A DNA stretch of 50,881 nucleotides from a bacterium (GTDB lineage Bacteria; Bacteroidota; Ignavibacteria; UBA10030): positions 1 to 50,881 of the forward strand of contig JAZDJN010000019.1 in assembly GCA_043803945.1 (NCBI GenBank). Reading direction: 5' to 3'. Below, piece after piece: positions 35,887 through 46,336 of the stretch. The notes beneath the pieces were generated by a model. That model saw only the letters and a program-made list of their open reading frames with translations, searched no databases and had not been told where the DNA came from. A program made the position numbers and the translations under genes. Numbering within the stretch: the first letter of the stretch is position 1; every line of letters begins with the position of its first letter.

Positions 35887-37647
35887 ATGAAACCTGCTCT
35901 AGAGAAAAAAGAGGATATGGTATTTAAGGGAATTCCTGCATCGCCGGGAATTACCATCGGCCCAATCTTCCATCTCGAAAAACACACTCCTGCTGTTTTC
36001 GAGAAAATACTCCATGAAGAAGAAATCCAGGGTGAAATCGACCGTCTCGTTCAAGCTGTCGAACGATCGCAGAAAGAACTGTCAAAAATCCTGGAGTTTG
36101 CCGAGAAGAAACTTGGTACCAACGAGTCAAAAATCTTCGAAGCGCAATTGATGATTCTTCAGGACGAGATCCTCTTCGATGTGATCTATGGCCGGATCCG
36201 GAAAGAATTCAAGAATGCAGAATATGTTATTGATCATGAGATCGGGAAGTACCACCGCTTAATGCTCGCCTCCAACGATGAATATACGCGCGAGCGGGCC
36301 CAGGATGTGGAGGATGTTCGAAACAGAATCTTGCGTAATTTGCAGGCCCAGAAACTCATATCGAGGCTTGAAGGCTCTTCAATCATTTGCTGCCATAATC
36401 TCTCGGCAGCAGATGCCCTTATTCTCAGCCGGAACGAAGTACTCGGATATGCGACCGATGTGGGAGGCATGACATCACACCTGGCACTGCTCGCCCGCGC
36501 ACTGAAGATCCCGGCTGTTGTAGGACTTCACACGATCTCAACCATGATTCATTCTGCAGACAAGGTCGTACTGGATGGCTATAGCGGTGTGGTGGTTCTT
36601 CATCCGTCCGAAAAAACCATGCAGAAATATGAACGGAAGAAAGAACAGTATCACAAGTTTGAACAGAAGCTTTCCGGTTTACGTGAACTCCCGGCGGAAA
36701 CAATTGATGGCCGGCGTGTGGATCTCTCGGCCAATGTTGAGCTTGAGCAGGAGCTTGAGTTTACACGCTTCCAGGGTTCCGATGGCATCGGGCTATACCG
36801 TTCGGAAGTTCTCTTGCTGGGAAAAGAAGTATTCCCACCGGAAGAAGAGCAGTACCAACAGTACAAGCTGCTTGCCGATTCCATGTTTCCGAAGCGGGTC
36901 ATCATCCGAACCTTCGATATCGGTGGCGACAAGTATATGGCGCAACCCGAACATGAGGCAAATCCCTTCCTTGGCTGGCGTGGTATCCGTGTGATGCTCG
37001 ATCGTCCGGAACTCTTCAATGATCAGCTCCGGGCAATCCTTCGGGCAAGTGCGCGAAAAAATATTGCCATTATGTTCCCGATGGTATCCACACTGCACGA
37101 ACTCCGACTGGCGAAGAAAATGCTCGAGGATGTCAAACGCCAGTTACGGAAAGAGAATCTCCCGTTCGACGATAAAATAAAAATCGGTGCTATGATTGAA
37201 GTACCGGCAGCCGCCGTGGTCGCAGAAGATCTTGCCGAAGAAGTATCCTTCCTGAGCATCGGTACAAACGACCTGATACAGTATCTGCTCGCAGTGGATC
37301 GCACCAACGACCGGGTCTCAGGGCTCTACCAGGAGTTTAATCCATCGGTTGTTCGGTTTCTGCGTCGAATCATTGAACGGGGGAAGAAGAAAAAAGTATG
37401 GGTGGGTATGTGTGGTGCTATGGCCGGAGATCCGCTTGCAACGATTCTTCTCCTTGGCTTAGGACTGGATGAGTTCAGCGTCGTTCCGGATATTCTTCCG
37501 GAAATTAAAAAGATCATCCGTTCGGTGAAGTACAGCGATGCACAAAAAATTGCCAAGCATGTGTTACGTCTGAAAACAGAAGAGGAAGTACAGGAATTTC
37601 TCCGTGACGTGATGAAGAAGAAACTGCCCGATATTCCTCTGACATAA
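35887..37647 (+). CDS. ptsI: PTS enzyme I
   Basis: GGMTSHLA, GIGLYRSE, RTFDIGGDK, NPFLGWRG, SIGTNDLIQY, MCG. Confidence 0.97.
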   Translation: MKPALEKKEDMVFKGIPASPGITIGPIFHLEKHTPAVFEKILHEEEIQGEIDRLVQAVERSQKELSKILEFAEKKLGTNESKIFEAQLMILQDEILFDVIYGRIRKEFKNAEYVIDHEIGKYHRLMLASNDEYTRERAQDVEDVRNRILRNLQAQKLISRLEGSSIICCHNLSAADALILSRNEVLGYATDVGGMTSHLALLARALKIPAVVGLHTISTMIHSADKVVLDGYSGVVVLHPSEKTMQKYERKKEQYHKFEQKLSGLRELPAETIDGRRVDLSANVELEQELEFTRFQGSDGIGLYRSEVLLLGKEVFPPEEEQYQQYKLLADSMFPKRVIIRTFDIGGDKYMAQPEHEANPFLGWRGIRVMLDRPELFNDQLRAILRASARKNIAIMFPMVSTLHELRLAKKMLEDVKRQLRKENLPFDDKIKIGAMIEVPAAAVVAEDLAEEVSFLSIGTNDLIQYLLAVDRTNDRVSGLYQEFNPSVVRFLRRIIERGKKKKVWVGMCGAMAGDPLATILLLGLGLDEFSVVPDILPEIKKIIRSVKYSDAQKIAKHVLRLKTEEEVQEFLRDVMKKKLPDIPLT

Positions 37648-37663
37648 TACTTAACAAAAGAAA

Positions 37664-38722
37664 GTGGAAGGAATGACGATTGAAGAAATAACCGCCTGCG
37701 ATCCTACCGGGATGTTTTCATGGCTTGCCGATTTTCCCAAACAGGTTGCAGAAGCTGTCCAGATCGGAAAACGAGCATCACTCAAGATCAACGTACGGGG
37801 CATCCGCACAATCGTGTTAACCGGATTGGGCGGTTCCGCCATTGCCGGCGATTTACTCCGATCGTACCTGGCAGAAGAGTTGTCCCTCCCTTTTATTGTC
37901 AGCAGGCATTATCTGCTCCCAGATTTCGTCGATCGGCATTCGCTGGTGATAGTCTCCAGCTATTCCGGGATGACGGAAGAAACAGTATCAGCGTACAAGG
38001 ACGCCATCCGGCGAAAGGCGAAGATTCTTTGCATCACAACGGGAGGGACCATTGAGAAACTTGCAGCACGGAAGAAACACCCGGTGATTAAAATCCCGGG
38101 AGGATTGCAGCCGCGTGCAGCAATTGGCTATTCCTTCTTTTCAACGCTCTACGCACTTATAAAGCTTGGATTTATCCGATCAAAAGTAAGCGACGTGAGC
38201 GAAACGATTCTTCTTCTTCGAAAAAAGTCTCTTCTCTTTCGCGATCCATCGCACCCTGACAACCTTGCTCTGCATCTGGCTACTTCACTGTACAGCAATC
38301 TCCCTATCATTTATTCGCCAGTTGAGCACCTCGACGCTGTCAATGTTCGCTGGCGCGGACAGATCGCGGAGAATGCCAAGCAACTCGCTTTTGGCCATGT
38401 CCTCCCGGAAATGAATCATAATGAACTTGTCGGATGGAACATCGGTGAGGAGTGGATGAAAAAGATGCATGTCCTTTTTCTCCGCGATAGAAAAACACAT
38501 CACCGTATCGCAGCCCGCGAGGAAATCACAAAACAACTTCTTCTTCAGAAAGCAGGAAATGTCACGGAGGTTTGGAGTGAAGGAAAATCATTGTTAGCGA
38601 GGATGTTCTCCCTCCTCTATCTTGGCGATTGGACAAGTTATTATCTGGCGATTCTCAACAAGGTTGATCCGGTTCCTGTTGAGGTGATTTCACGACTAAA
38701 AGACGGATTGGCAAAACTCTAA
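37664..38722 (+). CDS. Bifunctional phosphoglucose/phosphomannose isomerase
   Basis: GLGGSAIAG, SSYSGMTEET, QPRAA, ENAK, PEMNHNE; alternative start at 37673. Confidence 0.95.
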   Translation: MEGMTIEEITACDPTGMFSWLADFPKQVAEAVQIGKRASLKINVRGIRTIVLTGLGGSAIAGDLLRSYLAEELSLPFIVSRHYLLPDFVDRHSLVIVSSYSGMTEETVSAYKDAIRRKAKILCITTGGTIEKLAARKKHPVIKIPGGLQPRAAIGYSFFSTLYALIKLGFIRSKVSDVSETILLLRKKSLLFRDPSHPDNLALHLATSLYSNLPIIYSPVEHLDAVNVRWRGQIAENAKQLAFGHVLPEMNHNELVGWNIGEEWMKKMHVLFLRDRKTHHRIAAREEITKQLLLQKAGNVTEVWSEGKSLLARMFSLLYLGDWTSYYLAILNKVDPVPVEVISRLKDGLAKL

Positions 38723-38759
38723 CCTCTCTCACTTTTTACGACTTGAGAAACATATCGAA

Positions 38760-38985
38760 TCGGCACAACAGTGATCGGCGGAGAGGGATTCACCGGTGAT
38801 GCTCCCTTTGCCGATGGCATCTATCTCAGGATTTGAGTCCTTATCGTTCCCCATGGGGGTTTCATCACAAAGGATTTGAATTTCGATCCTGGAGTTCTTT
38901 CCTTCCTGAGGGGAGCTTTCTTTGCTGCCGAAGTGTTGTAGAGGTGATGGGTGTTCTTGACTTCGCCGATCAGTGATACTGTCGA
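38760..38985 (+). ncRNA. Candidate structured RNA, about 225-nt rod with an internal bubble; family unassigned
   Basis: At least five nested helices found by eye, with many G-U pairs on the plus strand. Confidence 0.45.
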
Positions 38986-39041
38986 GAGCCCGAATTCTGA
39001 CGATAGATAATCCAATTCTACGTACCAGAACAAACTGACGG

Positions 39042-41888
39042 ATGAATTCTTTCAGATCGATCCTTTTCCTGCTGATTCTCGCTTTTACCGGCATCTCAGA
39101 AGCTTCTGCACAGCTCTTTTATTTCGGACGAAATAAGGTGCAGTACACCGAATTTACCTGGAAAGTCCTCCGCACCGATCATTTCGATATCTACTATTAT
39201 ACAGACATGCGAGAACTGGCGGAACGGGGAGCCTATATCGCAGAAGAGAGCTACAAGATCAACGAGCAACTGTTCAATCATAATGTCAACGTCCGTATCC
39301 CGCTTATTTTTTATAGTTCTCACCTCCATTTTCAGCAAACGAACACGACGGCGGGCTTTATTCCCGAAGGTGTAGGGGGATTCTTTGAATTTCTCAAAGG
39401 TCGTGTTGTGATTCCTTTCGATGGATCCTATGAACGGTTCCGTCACGTTATTCATCATGAATTAATTCACGTTTTCATGACAAGCAAGATCAACCGTATT
39501 CTCATCGATCATCGGCTGACGCTCGATCAGGGTCCGCCATTGTGGTTCACCGAAGGGCTGGCGGAATTCTGGTCAACGGAGTGGGATACGCAAGCCGAGA
39601 TGGTGATGCGTGATGCCGTACTGAATACCTACGTTGTGCCGCTGGATAACATTGAACGCATTTATGGATCGTTCCTTATGTATAAAGAGGGACAGAAAAT
39701 TCTGGAGTTCATCAGTGAGCGTTATGGAAAAGAAAAGATCCTTCTCCTGATGGAAAATTTCTGGAAATCCAGCAGCTTCAATGAGGTGATGAAAATGACG
39801 CTGGGGAAGGACTACAAAGAGTTCGATGAGGAGTGGATGTATGCCCTGAAGAAAAAGTACTATCCGGTCATGACAGCCACGGATTTGCCTCATGGTGTTG
39901 CGAAGAAGGTCATTGATGAAGGCTTTAATACAAAGCCTGTTTATTGTCGAAGAAATGGGAAACGGGAAATCTATTTTATTGGCAACCACACCGGATACAC
40001 AAACCTGTACAGAATTCCGATCGATGTGGAAAAACCTGAACCCGAGGTTGTGATCGCCGGAGAACGCACGGATGAATTTGAAGCGTTCCATTTATTGCAG
40101 AACAAACCCGACATTTCACGGGATGGCCGGCTGGCCTTTGTAACGAAGAGCGGTGAAACCGATGCCTTGCATATCTACGATATCGAACATAACCGATTAA
40201 GTGAATCGCTTCGCTTCCGAAACATTGTTGTCATCGGATCTCCTTCATGGTCTCCCGATGGTACTCAACTCGCCTTTTCAGCGGTCGAGAAAGCAGGGAA
40301 CAGCGATCTCTACATTTTTCAATTCAACGATCGATCCCTTAAACGTTTGACAAACGATTTGTACGAAGATCGCGACCCGGCATGGTCACCTGACGGAAGG
40401 AGTATTGCGTTCAGTTCCGACCGTTCGTCATTTGGCCAGCGTGGAAAACTGAATCTCTTTCTCTATACCGTGGCCTCTTCATCGATCCACTATGTAACGG
40501 TTGGTCCTCACAGCGATCTTGCTCCTTCCTGGTCTCCCGATGGAAAATATTTGACCTTCACGTCCGATATCGACGGCGCTAATAATGTGTGGGTTCTCGC
40601 CATGCATGATTCAACTCCTTCAAGCACACTCCAACGGGTGATGAAGAAGGTAACGCACTTCTCGACCGCAGCGATGGATCCGTGCTGGATTTCGGGTGTT
40701 GAGGGGAATGGCCAGGATGGGCTCGTGCTGACAGCGTTTGAAAATTTCAGTTTCCAGTTGCGGAAGATTGAACGAGTCGCTTCCATCATCGATACCACCA
40801 CATCGCAGCATGTAATCCGGTATACCATGGCCGGGGATCCATGGACTCCACGGAATATTGAAGCACCCTCAATTCTTGCCGATCTGTTGTATAAGGGCGA
40901 TTACACAATGGATATCGCGCAGAGCGTTGTTTCCACCGATCCAATCTTCGGCACTGCCGGCGGCGCAGCGATTGCCATGAGCGATGTTTTGGGCAACGAT
41001 CAATACTACTTTCTCATCTACAACACCGCGCAGGTGAAGTCGGAATTCCTTGAGAGTTTTAATATTGCCATGTCGCGCATTTCACTCGGCCAACGTACAA
41101 ATTATGCTTATGGAATATTTCACTTCTCCGGAAATCGGTACGACCTGACGGACCCAGATCTCTTTTATTATGAACGATCGTTCGGTGGATATCTCGTACT
41201 CAGTTACCCTCTTTCCAAGTTTCAACGAATCGAATCCGGCATCACGGTGAGCCGTTCCGATAAGGACGTCTACACAGGCTTTGTCACACGGAAAGCGTTA
41301 TTGGTTTCATCATCATTTTCTCTTGTCGCCGACAATACACTTTGGGGACCAAGCGGCCCGCTCGACGGCAGCAGGGCAAAGCTCACACTTGCCTATACAA
41401 ACGATATCCAATATTCCAATGTCAGTTACTATACGATCATGGCAGATTACCGGAATTACTTACGCCTCTCTACCCAAAGTGCATTCGCCACGCGGGTACA
41501 TCTCTGGTACAATGAAGGAAAAGAGGCACGGCGATTTTTTATGGGGGGGAGCTGGGATTTACGCGGCTGGCCTCGCTGGGGGGTTCGCGGTCAGAAATTA
41601 TGGCTGCTCACCAATGAATTGCGCTTCCCGTTCATCGATCAACTTGGTATCCGATTTCCTTTTGGCGGCATCACCTTCGGGCCTATCCGGGGAGCGATTT
41701 ATAGCGACCTGGGCGGGGCATGGGATTTGAAGTATACCGAGACTCTCGGGAGCCTTGGTGGAGGTGTTCGTTTGTCTCTCGGCGGTATACTCGTCCTACG
41801 CTATGACATCGGAAAACGTCTTGAAAACAACCTGAGCCGTTTTCAGGAAGGCTTGTATCATCAATTTTTCTTTGGGTGGGACTACTAA
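39042..41888 (+). CDS. Omp85/BamA-TamA family protein with an N-terminal gluzincin-like (HELIH) domain and TolB-like PD40 propeller
   Basis: FGRNKVQY, HHELIHVF..WFTEGLAE, WSPDG repeats, MGGSWDLRGW, C-terminal FFFGWDY. Confidence 0.88.
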   Translation: MNSFRSILFLLILAFTGISEASAQLFYFGRNKVQYTEFTWKVLRTDHFDIYYYTDMRELAERGAYIAEESYKINEQLFNHNVNVRIPLIFYSSHLHFQQTNTTAGFIPEGVGGFFEFLKGRVVIPFDGSYERFRHVIHHELIHVFMTSKINRILIDHRLTLDQGPPLWFTEGLAEFWSTEWDTQAEMVMRDAVLNTYVVPLDNIERIYGSFLMYKEGQKILEFISERYGKEKILLLMENFWKSSSFNEVMKMTLGKDYKEFDEEWMYALKKKYYPVMTATDLPHGVAKKVIDEGFNTKPVYCRRNGKREIYFIGNHTGYTNLYRIPIDVEKPEPEVVIAGERTDEFEAFHLLQNKPDISRDGRLAFVTKSGETDALHIYDIEHNRLSESLRFRNIVVIGSPSWSPDGTQLAFSAVEKAGNSDLYIFQFNDRSLKRLTNDLYEDRDPAWSPDGRSIAFSSDRSSFGQRGKLNLFLYTVASSSIHYVTVGPHSDLAPSWSPDGKYLTFTSDIDGANNVWVLAMHDSTPSSTLQRVMKKVTHFSTAAMDPCWISGVEGNGQDGLVLTAFENFSFQLRKIERVASIIDTTTSQHVIRYTMAGDPWTPRNIEAPSILADLLYKGDYTMDIAQSVVSTDPIFGTAGGAAIAMSDVLGNDQYYFLIYNTAQVKSEFLESFNIAMSRISLGQRTNYAYGIFHFSGNRYDLTDPDLFYYERSFGGYLVLSYPLSKFQRIESGITVSRSDKDVYTGFVTRKALLVSSSFSLVADNTLWGPSGPLDGSRAKLTLAYTNDIQYSNVSYYTIMADYRNYLRLSTQSAFATRVHLWYNEGKEARRFFMGGSWDLRGWPRWGVRGQKLWLLTNELRFPFIDQLGIRFPFGGITFGPIRGAIYSDLGGAWDLKYTETLGSLGGGVRLSLGGILVLRYDIGKRLENNLSRFQEGLYHQFFFGWDY

Positions 41889-43069
41889 TGGCGATCTTCC
41901 GTTTTTTTATTCAACGATCTGGTTGGAGAGCAGCAACAAGATTGGTGATGCTGGGTGGATTGCTGATATCAGGTTGTGTTGGAATTCGCCTTACACGGGT
42001 GCTAATTGCCCGACCCATCGACTGGACAACCTATGGCGGGTCCGGGGCGAGAATGAACCTCAGCAGTACGTCCCTTACGCCACCGTTGAAAGTGATTTGG
42101 GAATATGGTGCCGTTGGCGGCTTACGTGCAACACCTCTTGTGCGGGATAGCATTATGATGATTGGAACGTTGAAGGGAGATATTCAAGCCGTTCATATCG
42201 GGAAGAAAGAACGCGTTGGGTCGATTACTGTTGAAGCTGCGGTCATTGGCACCCCAGCATGGGAGCATCCGCGGTTGTATGTTCCAAGCGCGAATGGCAA
42301 GGAAACGATGGCCTGCTACGATCTGGAAAGCTCGATGAAACGATGGTCAGCCCAGGTTGGCCACCTTGAATCTTCACCGCTTCTCTTGAATGATGTTCTC
42401 TTTGTTACCTCGCTCAATGGTTCGCTCTATTGCCTTCGGAAACTTGACGGCAGAGAGATCTGGAGGTTTGATACCGCTGAAAAAGAGCAGCGAAAACCAA
42501 TTCATTCATCGGTGGCCTCCGATGGCGAGATACTCGTCTTCGGGTGCGATGATGGTGGAATCTATGCCGTGAATGCCCTCAGCGGTACTCTCCGATGGAA
42601 ATACCATGCCGAGGCGAGTGTGGTTGCAACCCCGGTGATTGTGCAGGGAAAGGCAATTGTGGGATCGTTTGACGGAACCATCGTTGCCCTCGATCTACAG
42701 TCGGGCCGGTTGGTTTGGAAATTTTCTGCGAAGGCTAAAGTGTACGCACCGGCAGCATCGAATGGACAAACTGTGTTCTGTGGAGCATCCGATGGAATGG
42801 TCTATGCTCTTGATGTCGCATCGGGTTCTCTGGTTTGGAAATTTTCTGCCCACAGTATTGTCAATGCTGCCCCTCTCGTCGCGGGTGATTTCCTTTATGT
42901 CACCTCGCTGGATCGTACTGTTCACGCTCTGCAAGTGCAGGATGGGAAGGAACGATGGAATTACGTCGCCTCGGGCCGCATCAAAGTTTCACCTGTCATC
43001 TGGGGCGATATGCTCTTCCTCTCGGTTGAGGATAATCAGGTGGTTATCTTGAAATCGGAGGGCCGATGA
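41888..43069 (+). CDS. PQQ-like beta-propeller lipoprotein (BamB-like)
   Basis: Lipobox LISGC; repeated G.DG..YA.D..SG.L.WK. Confidence 0.88.
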   Translation: MAIFRFFIQRSGWRAATRLVMLGGLLISGCVGIRLTRVLIARPIDWTTYGGSGARMNLSSTSLTPPLKVIWEYGAVGGLRATPLVRDSIMMIGTLKGDIQAVHIGKKERVGSITVEAAVIGTPAWEHPRLYVPSANGKETMACYDLESSMKRWSAQVGHLESSPLLLNDVLFVTSLNGSLYCLRKLDGREIWRFDTAEKEQRKPIHSSVASDGEILVFGCDDGGIYAVNALSGTLRWKYHAEASVVATPVIVQGKAIVGSFDGTIVALDLQSGRLVWKFSAKAKVYAPAASNGQTVFCGASDGMVYALDVASGSLVWKFSAHSIVNAAPLVAGDFLYVTSLDRTVHALQVQDGKERWNYVASGRIKVSPVIWGDMLFLSVEDNQVVILKSEGR

Positions 43070-43842
43070 TCAGAATATTCTGGTGTGGCTTGATCCTGAT
43101 CGGCTGCATCGCGTCAGCCCAGCAGTCGGTGATGGAGGATTCGCTTAGCACGCTCGCCGTTACGACAACATATCCTGGTGCAGAAATATTTCTGGGGTCC
43201 CGTTATCTGGGAAAAACACCATTGATGAATCAGCGGGTACCGTCGGGTGTTCATGTTCTCCGATTGTACTCTCCCTCCGCGACAGCATGGAATGCGCTGG
43301 TCTACACCGATACACTGAGGTTAGCTGCCGGAGTGCCATATGAAAAACATGTTCCGCTTGGGAAGTTGCTCTCGCTTCATTCCCTGCCGTTCGGTGGAAA
43401 GGTGTTCTATGAGGGAAAGGAATTGGGGATTACACCACTCAGGTGGCGCCTGAGTTCAGACACTCAAGGAACGCTCTCTCTTCAAAAGGAAGGATTCCTG
43501 CCGGAGAAAATAATCATTGACGGAAAGACAGAATCAATTGTGGTAACACTTCGTCCAGAAGAACCATCCCAAGGCCGGCAACTTCCGGATGTGCTGAATA
43601 ATCATCACAATGGACTCTCGCGGCCTTTCCTGACCTACACGGCTGCAGGGACGATGGTCGTTTCGGGGATCATTTCCGCTGCTCTCAAGCAACGTGCCAA
43701 TCAGGATTTTGATAACTATCTTCGTACAAAAGATCCGGCGTTGCTTGCCTCAACGCGGCGCCTCGATCGTCAGGCAGGTATTACTTTTGCGCTCACCCAA
43801 ATTAGTTTCGCTCTTCTTACGTATTTGCTTCTCTCAGAATGA
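43066..43842 (+). CDS. PEGA domain protein
   Basis: PGAEIFLGSRYLGKTPL, PFGGKVFYEGKELGITPL; hydrophobic C-terminus. Confidence 0.82.
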   Translation: MIRIFWCGLILIGCIASAQQSVMEDSLSTLAVTTTYPGAEIFLGSRYLGKTPLMNQRVPSGVHVLRLYSPSATAWNALVYTDTLRLAAGVPYEKHVPLGKLLSLHSLPFGGKVFYEGKELGITPLRWRLSSDTQGTLSLQKEGFLPEKIIIDGKTESIVVTLRPEEPSQGRQLPDVLNNHHNGLSRPFLTYTAAGTMVVSGIISAALKQRANQDFDNYLRTKDPALLASTRRLDRQAGITFALTQISFALLTYLLLSE

Positions 43843-44133
43843 TCGAATTTATCACACTAGGATCAGAATCGATCATAACTCATCCCTCTCGTTTCGGTAG
43901 TGTCTTAATATGGAAAGATCACTTGATGTTAAAAAAATAATTTGACAATCTGAATTTCTAAATCTTCCCCACCTACGAAATAATCCACACCGAAAAACCG
44001 GTTAAAGTGAAACACTCTAAACTGTTTTTTCAGATTAAGGTACTATCCATGTTTCTCTCTTATTGAACCTCACAACTCTTTTATCTATTTTGGTCTTGAA
44101 CAATCTGATCACCTCATAGTACATTGGAACGCT

Positions 44134-45264
44134 ATGCCATCAAAAATTCGTGTCGGAGTCATCTTCGGCGGCCGTTCAGCAGAACATGAAGTCTCATTGG
44201 TATCAGCAACTTCTGTTATGCAGGCTCTTGATCGTTCGAAGTATACAATAGTGCCTGTCGGTATAACGCCGGAGGGGCGATGGTTGAGCAGCAGTGATGC
44301 TATCGCTCTTCTCAAACAGAAGGCAAATATTGATCATCTTCCCGAGCATCTTCTCATTCCCGATCCGCGGAAGAGGGGATTGGTGCCATTGCAAAACAGC
44401 AAGGTTGGAGTATCCCCGCTCCACATTGATGTCATCTTTCCCTTGCTCCACGGGACCTATGGCGAGGATGGAACGCTTCAGGGATTGCTGGAACTGGCGG
44501 ATATTCCGTATGTGGGTGCAGGGGTGCTTGGTTCGGCGCTCGGTATGGATAAAATAATCCAGAAACAGGTGCTGGAACATACCGGAATTCCTGTTGCACC
44601 CGGCGTTTGGTTTCTCTATGAGGAATTCTCTCTTCATCAAAAGAAGATCGTGAGTGATATTGAACGGAGCTTAAAGTACCCTTGCTTTGTCAAACCGTCG
44701 AATATGGGATCCAGTGTTGGCATCTCAAAAGCACATCATCGGAAGGAACTTATTGATGCCATTGAGCTTGCTGCCCAGTACGATCGGAAAATTCTTGTGG
44801 AGAAGGGAATTGAACGTGCGAGAGAAATTGAATGCAGTGTTCTGGGTAATGACAATCCGATTGCCTCTCTCCCCGGTGAGATAATTCCCTCGAACGAATT
44901 CTATGATTACGATGCGAAGTATGTTGATGGGAAATCGCAGGCGATCGTTCCCGCAAACCTTCCCAAACGAATGATGAAAACCATCCAGCACTATGCTGTA
45001 GAAGGTTTCAAAGCTCTCGATTGTGCCGGGATGGCAAGGGTGGATTTTCTGGTTGCTCAAAAAGGAAACCGTATTTACCTCAATGAGCTCAATACCATTC
45101 CCGGCTTTACATCAATCAGTATGTATCCGAAACTCTGGCAAGCATCGGGCCTTTCCTATCCGGAATTGCTGGACCGGTTGATTCAGTTGGCATTAGAACG
45201 GCATCAGATGAAAGCAAGATTAAAGACGACTTATACTCCAAAGTCCGACTGGTATAAACAATAA
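44134..45264 (+). CDS. ddl: D-alanine--D-alanine ligase
   Basis: FGGRSAEHEVS, HGTYGEDG, GSSVG, FYDYDAKY, NELNTIPG. Confidence 0.98.
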   Translation: MPSKIRVGVIFGGRSAEHEVSLVSATSVMQALDRSKYTIVPVGITPEGRWLSSSDAIALLKQKANIDHLPEHLLIPDPRKRGLVPLQNSKVGVSPLHIDVIFPLLHGTYGEDGTLQGLLELADIPYVGAGVLGSALGMDKIIQKQVLEHTGIPVAPGVWFLYEEFSLHQKKIVSDIERSLKYPCFVKPSNMGSSVGISKAHHRKELIDAIELAAQYDRKILVEKGIERAREIECSVLGNDNPIASLPGEIIPSNEFYDYDAKYVDGKSQAIVPANLPKRMMKTIQHYAVEGFKALDCAGMARVDFLVAQKGNRIYLNELNTIPGFTSISMYPKLWQASGLSYPELLDRLIQLALERHQMKARLKTTYTPKSDWYKQ

Positions 45265-45396
45265 GCGGACGTTTAAAAATCTAGCCGAAAATTTTAATAA
45301 ATTTATTTTTCGAAATTGCTCAGCATCATTCGCGGGAAATTCTTGTCCCGCAAAGAGCGCTGCGATGATGCTGCTTTGGAAAACGCTGTGGGGCTT

Positions 45397-45455
45397 ACTC
45401 ATCCCCCTCACACCCCCTTCTCTAAGTTTTAGAGAAGGGGGTGTGAGGGATGAGT
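45397..45455. repeat. Near-perfect 27-bp inverted repeat (REP-like)
   Basis: actcatccccctcacacccccttctctaa / ttagagaagggggtgtgagggatgagt. Confidence 0.85.
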
Positions 45456-45758
45456 CAGAACAAGAAGTAAATCATAGCGAGGCCGTCTATAAAGAAAATA
45501 ATACCACTAGCCCGAAGGCGACCCTCCTGCACAAGAGAAAGATAAATGAGAGTGGTCGGATAATTACGCCAAGGTGAAAAGAGAGACGTTGATTCTTCTC
45601 TCTGTAATCTAAGGTATAGAAGCATTTCCCTTGTAAACTAATCCCAAAAAGCTTATGGATGCTACGATCATTATGAAATCGACATTTCCAATTCACCTAA
45701 ATCGGGATTAAGGACAGTGTCCGGATTGCAAAACCAGATAATTTGAGCTACCTTGGAA

Positions 45759-46106
45759 ATGATGCAAGGCGATTTCTACAGAAAAATTCAAAAGCCCCGA
45801 TGGGTCAAAGGGATAACGAAAAATCTCTTCAAGACGAAGCGACGGGGGATCGCTGTTATCTTCTCGATATGCGTACTGACGTTCCTTGCGTTCAATACAA
45901 AGGGAATTATCACGCGGATCCGGCTTGAATCGCAGAGAAAAGAGATGGCCGAGAAAGTGCGCCTCGCCGAGGAAGAAACCAAGAGGCTGCAAGCCTACAT
46001 TAAGGCACTCGAGGGCGATAAGAAAACGATCGAGAAGGTTGCCCGCGAAAAATATGGAATGGCGAAACCTGGAGAAACAATCTATAAAGTGGAACGAAAG
46101 CAGTAA
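45759..46106 (+). CDS. ftsB: Septum formation initiator (FtsB/DivIC family)
   Basis: Transmembrane segment, coiled coil, IEKVAREKYGMAKPGETIY. Confidence 0.88.
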   Translation: MMQGDFYRKIQKPRWVKGITKNLFKTKRRGIAVIFSICVLTFLAFNTKGIITRIRLESQRKEMAEKVRLAEEETKRLQAYIKALEGDKKTIEKVAREKYGMAKPGETIYKVERKQ

Positions 46107-46183
46107 CTTGTAGACCGGACAAATTCTCTGCTAGCCGGGTGCTGGAAAAGAAAACCGGGGCTGACTAAAAAGTACGCCAAGGG

Positions 46184-46336
46184 TGTCACGGTCCCCCGCA
46201 AAAAACACGGGGCGGGCACACCGTGACAAATGAAATCTGATTGTCTTCCGCATTTTGCGTCACGAAGTCCCTGCCTGCGGCAGGCAGGTTGCCCGCCTCA
46301 TTTGAACCTATTAGGGCAGGCGGGGGTTCGTGATGC
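46184..46336. repeat. Two GC-rich hairpins; the second carries the 19-bp palindrome cctgcctgcggcaggcagg (46270-46288)
   Basis: tgtcacggt/accgtgaca; gcgtcacgaa/ttcgtgatgc; cccgcct/aggcggg. Confidence 0.7.
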
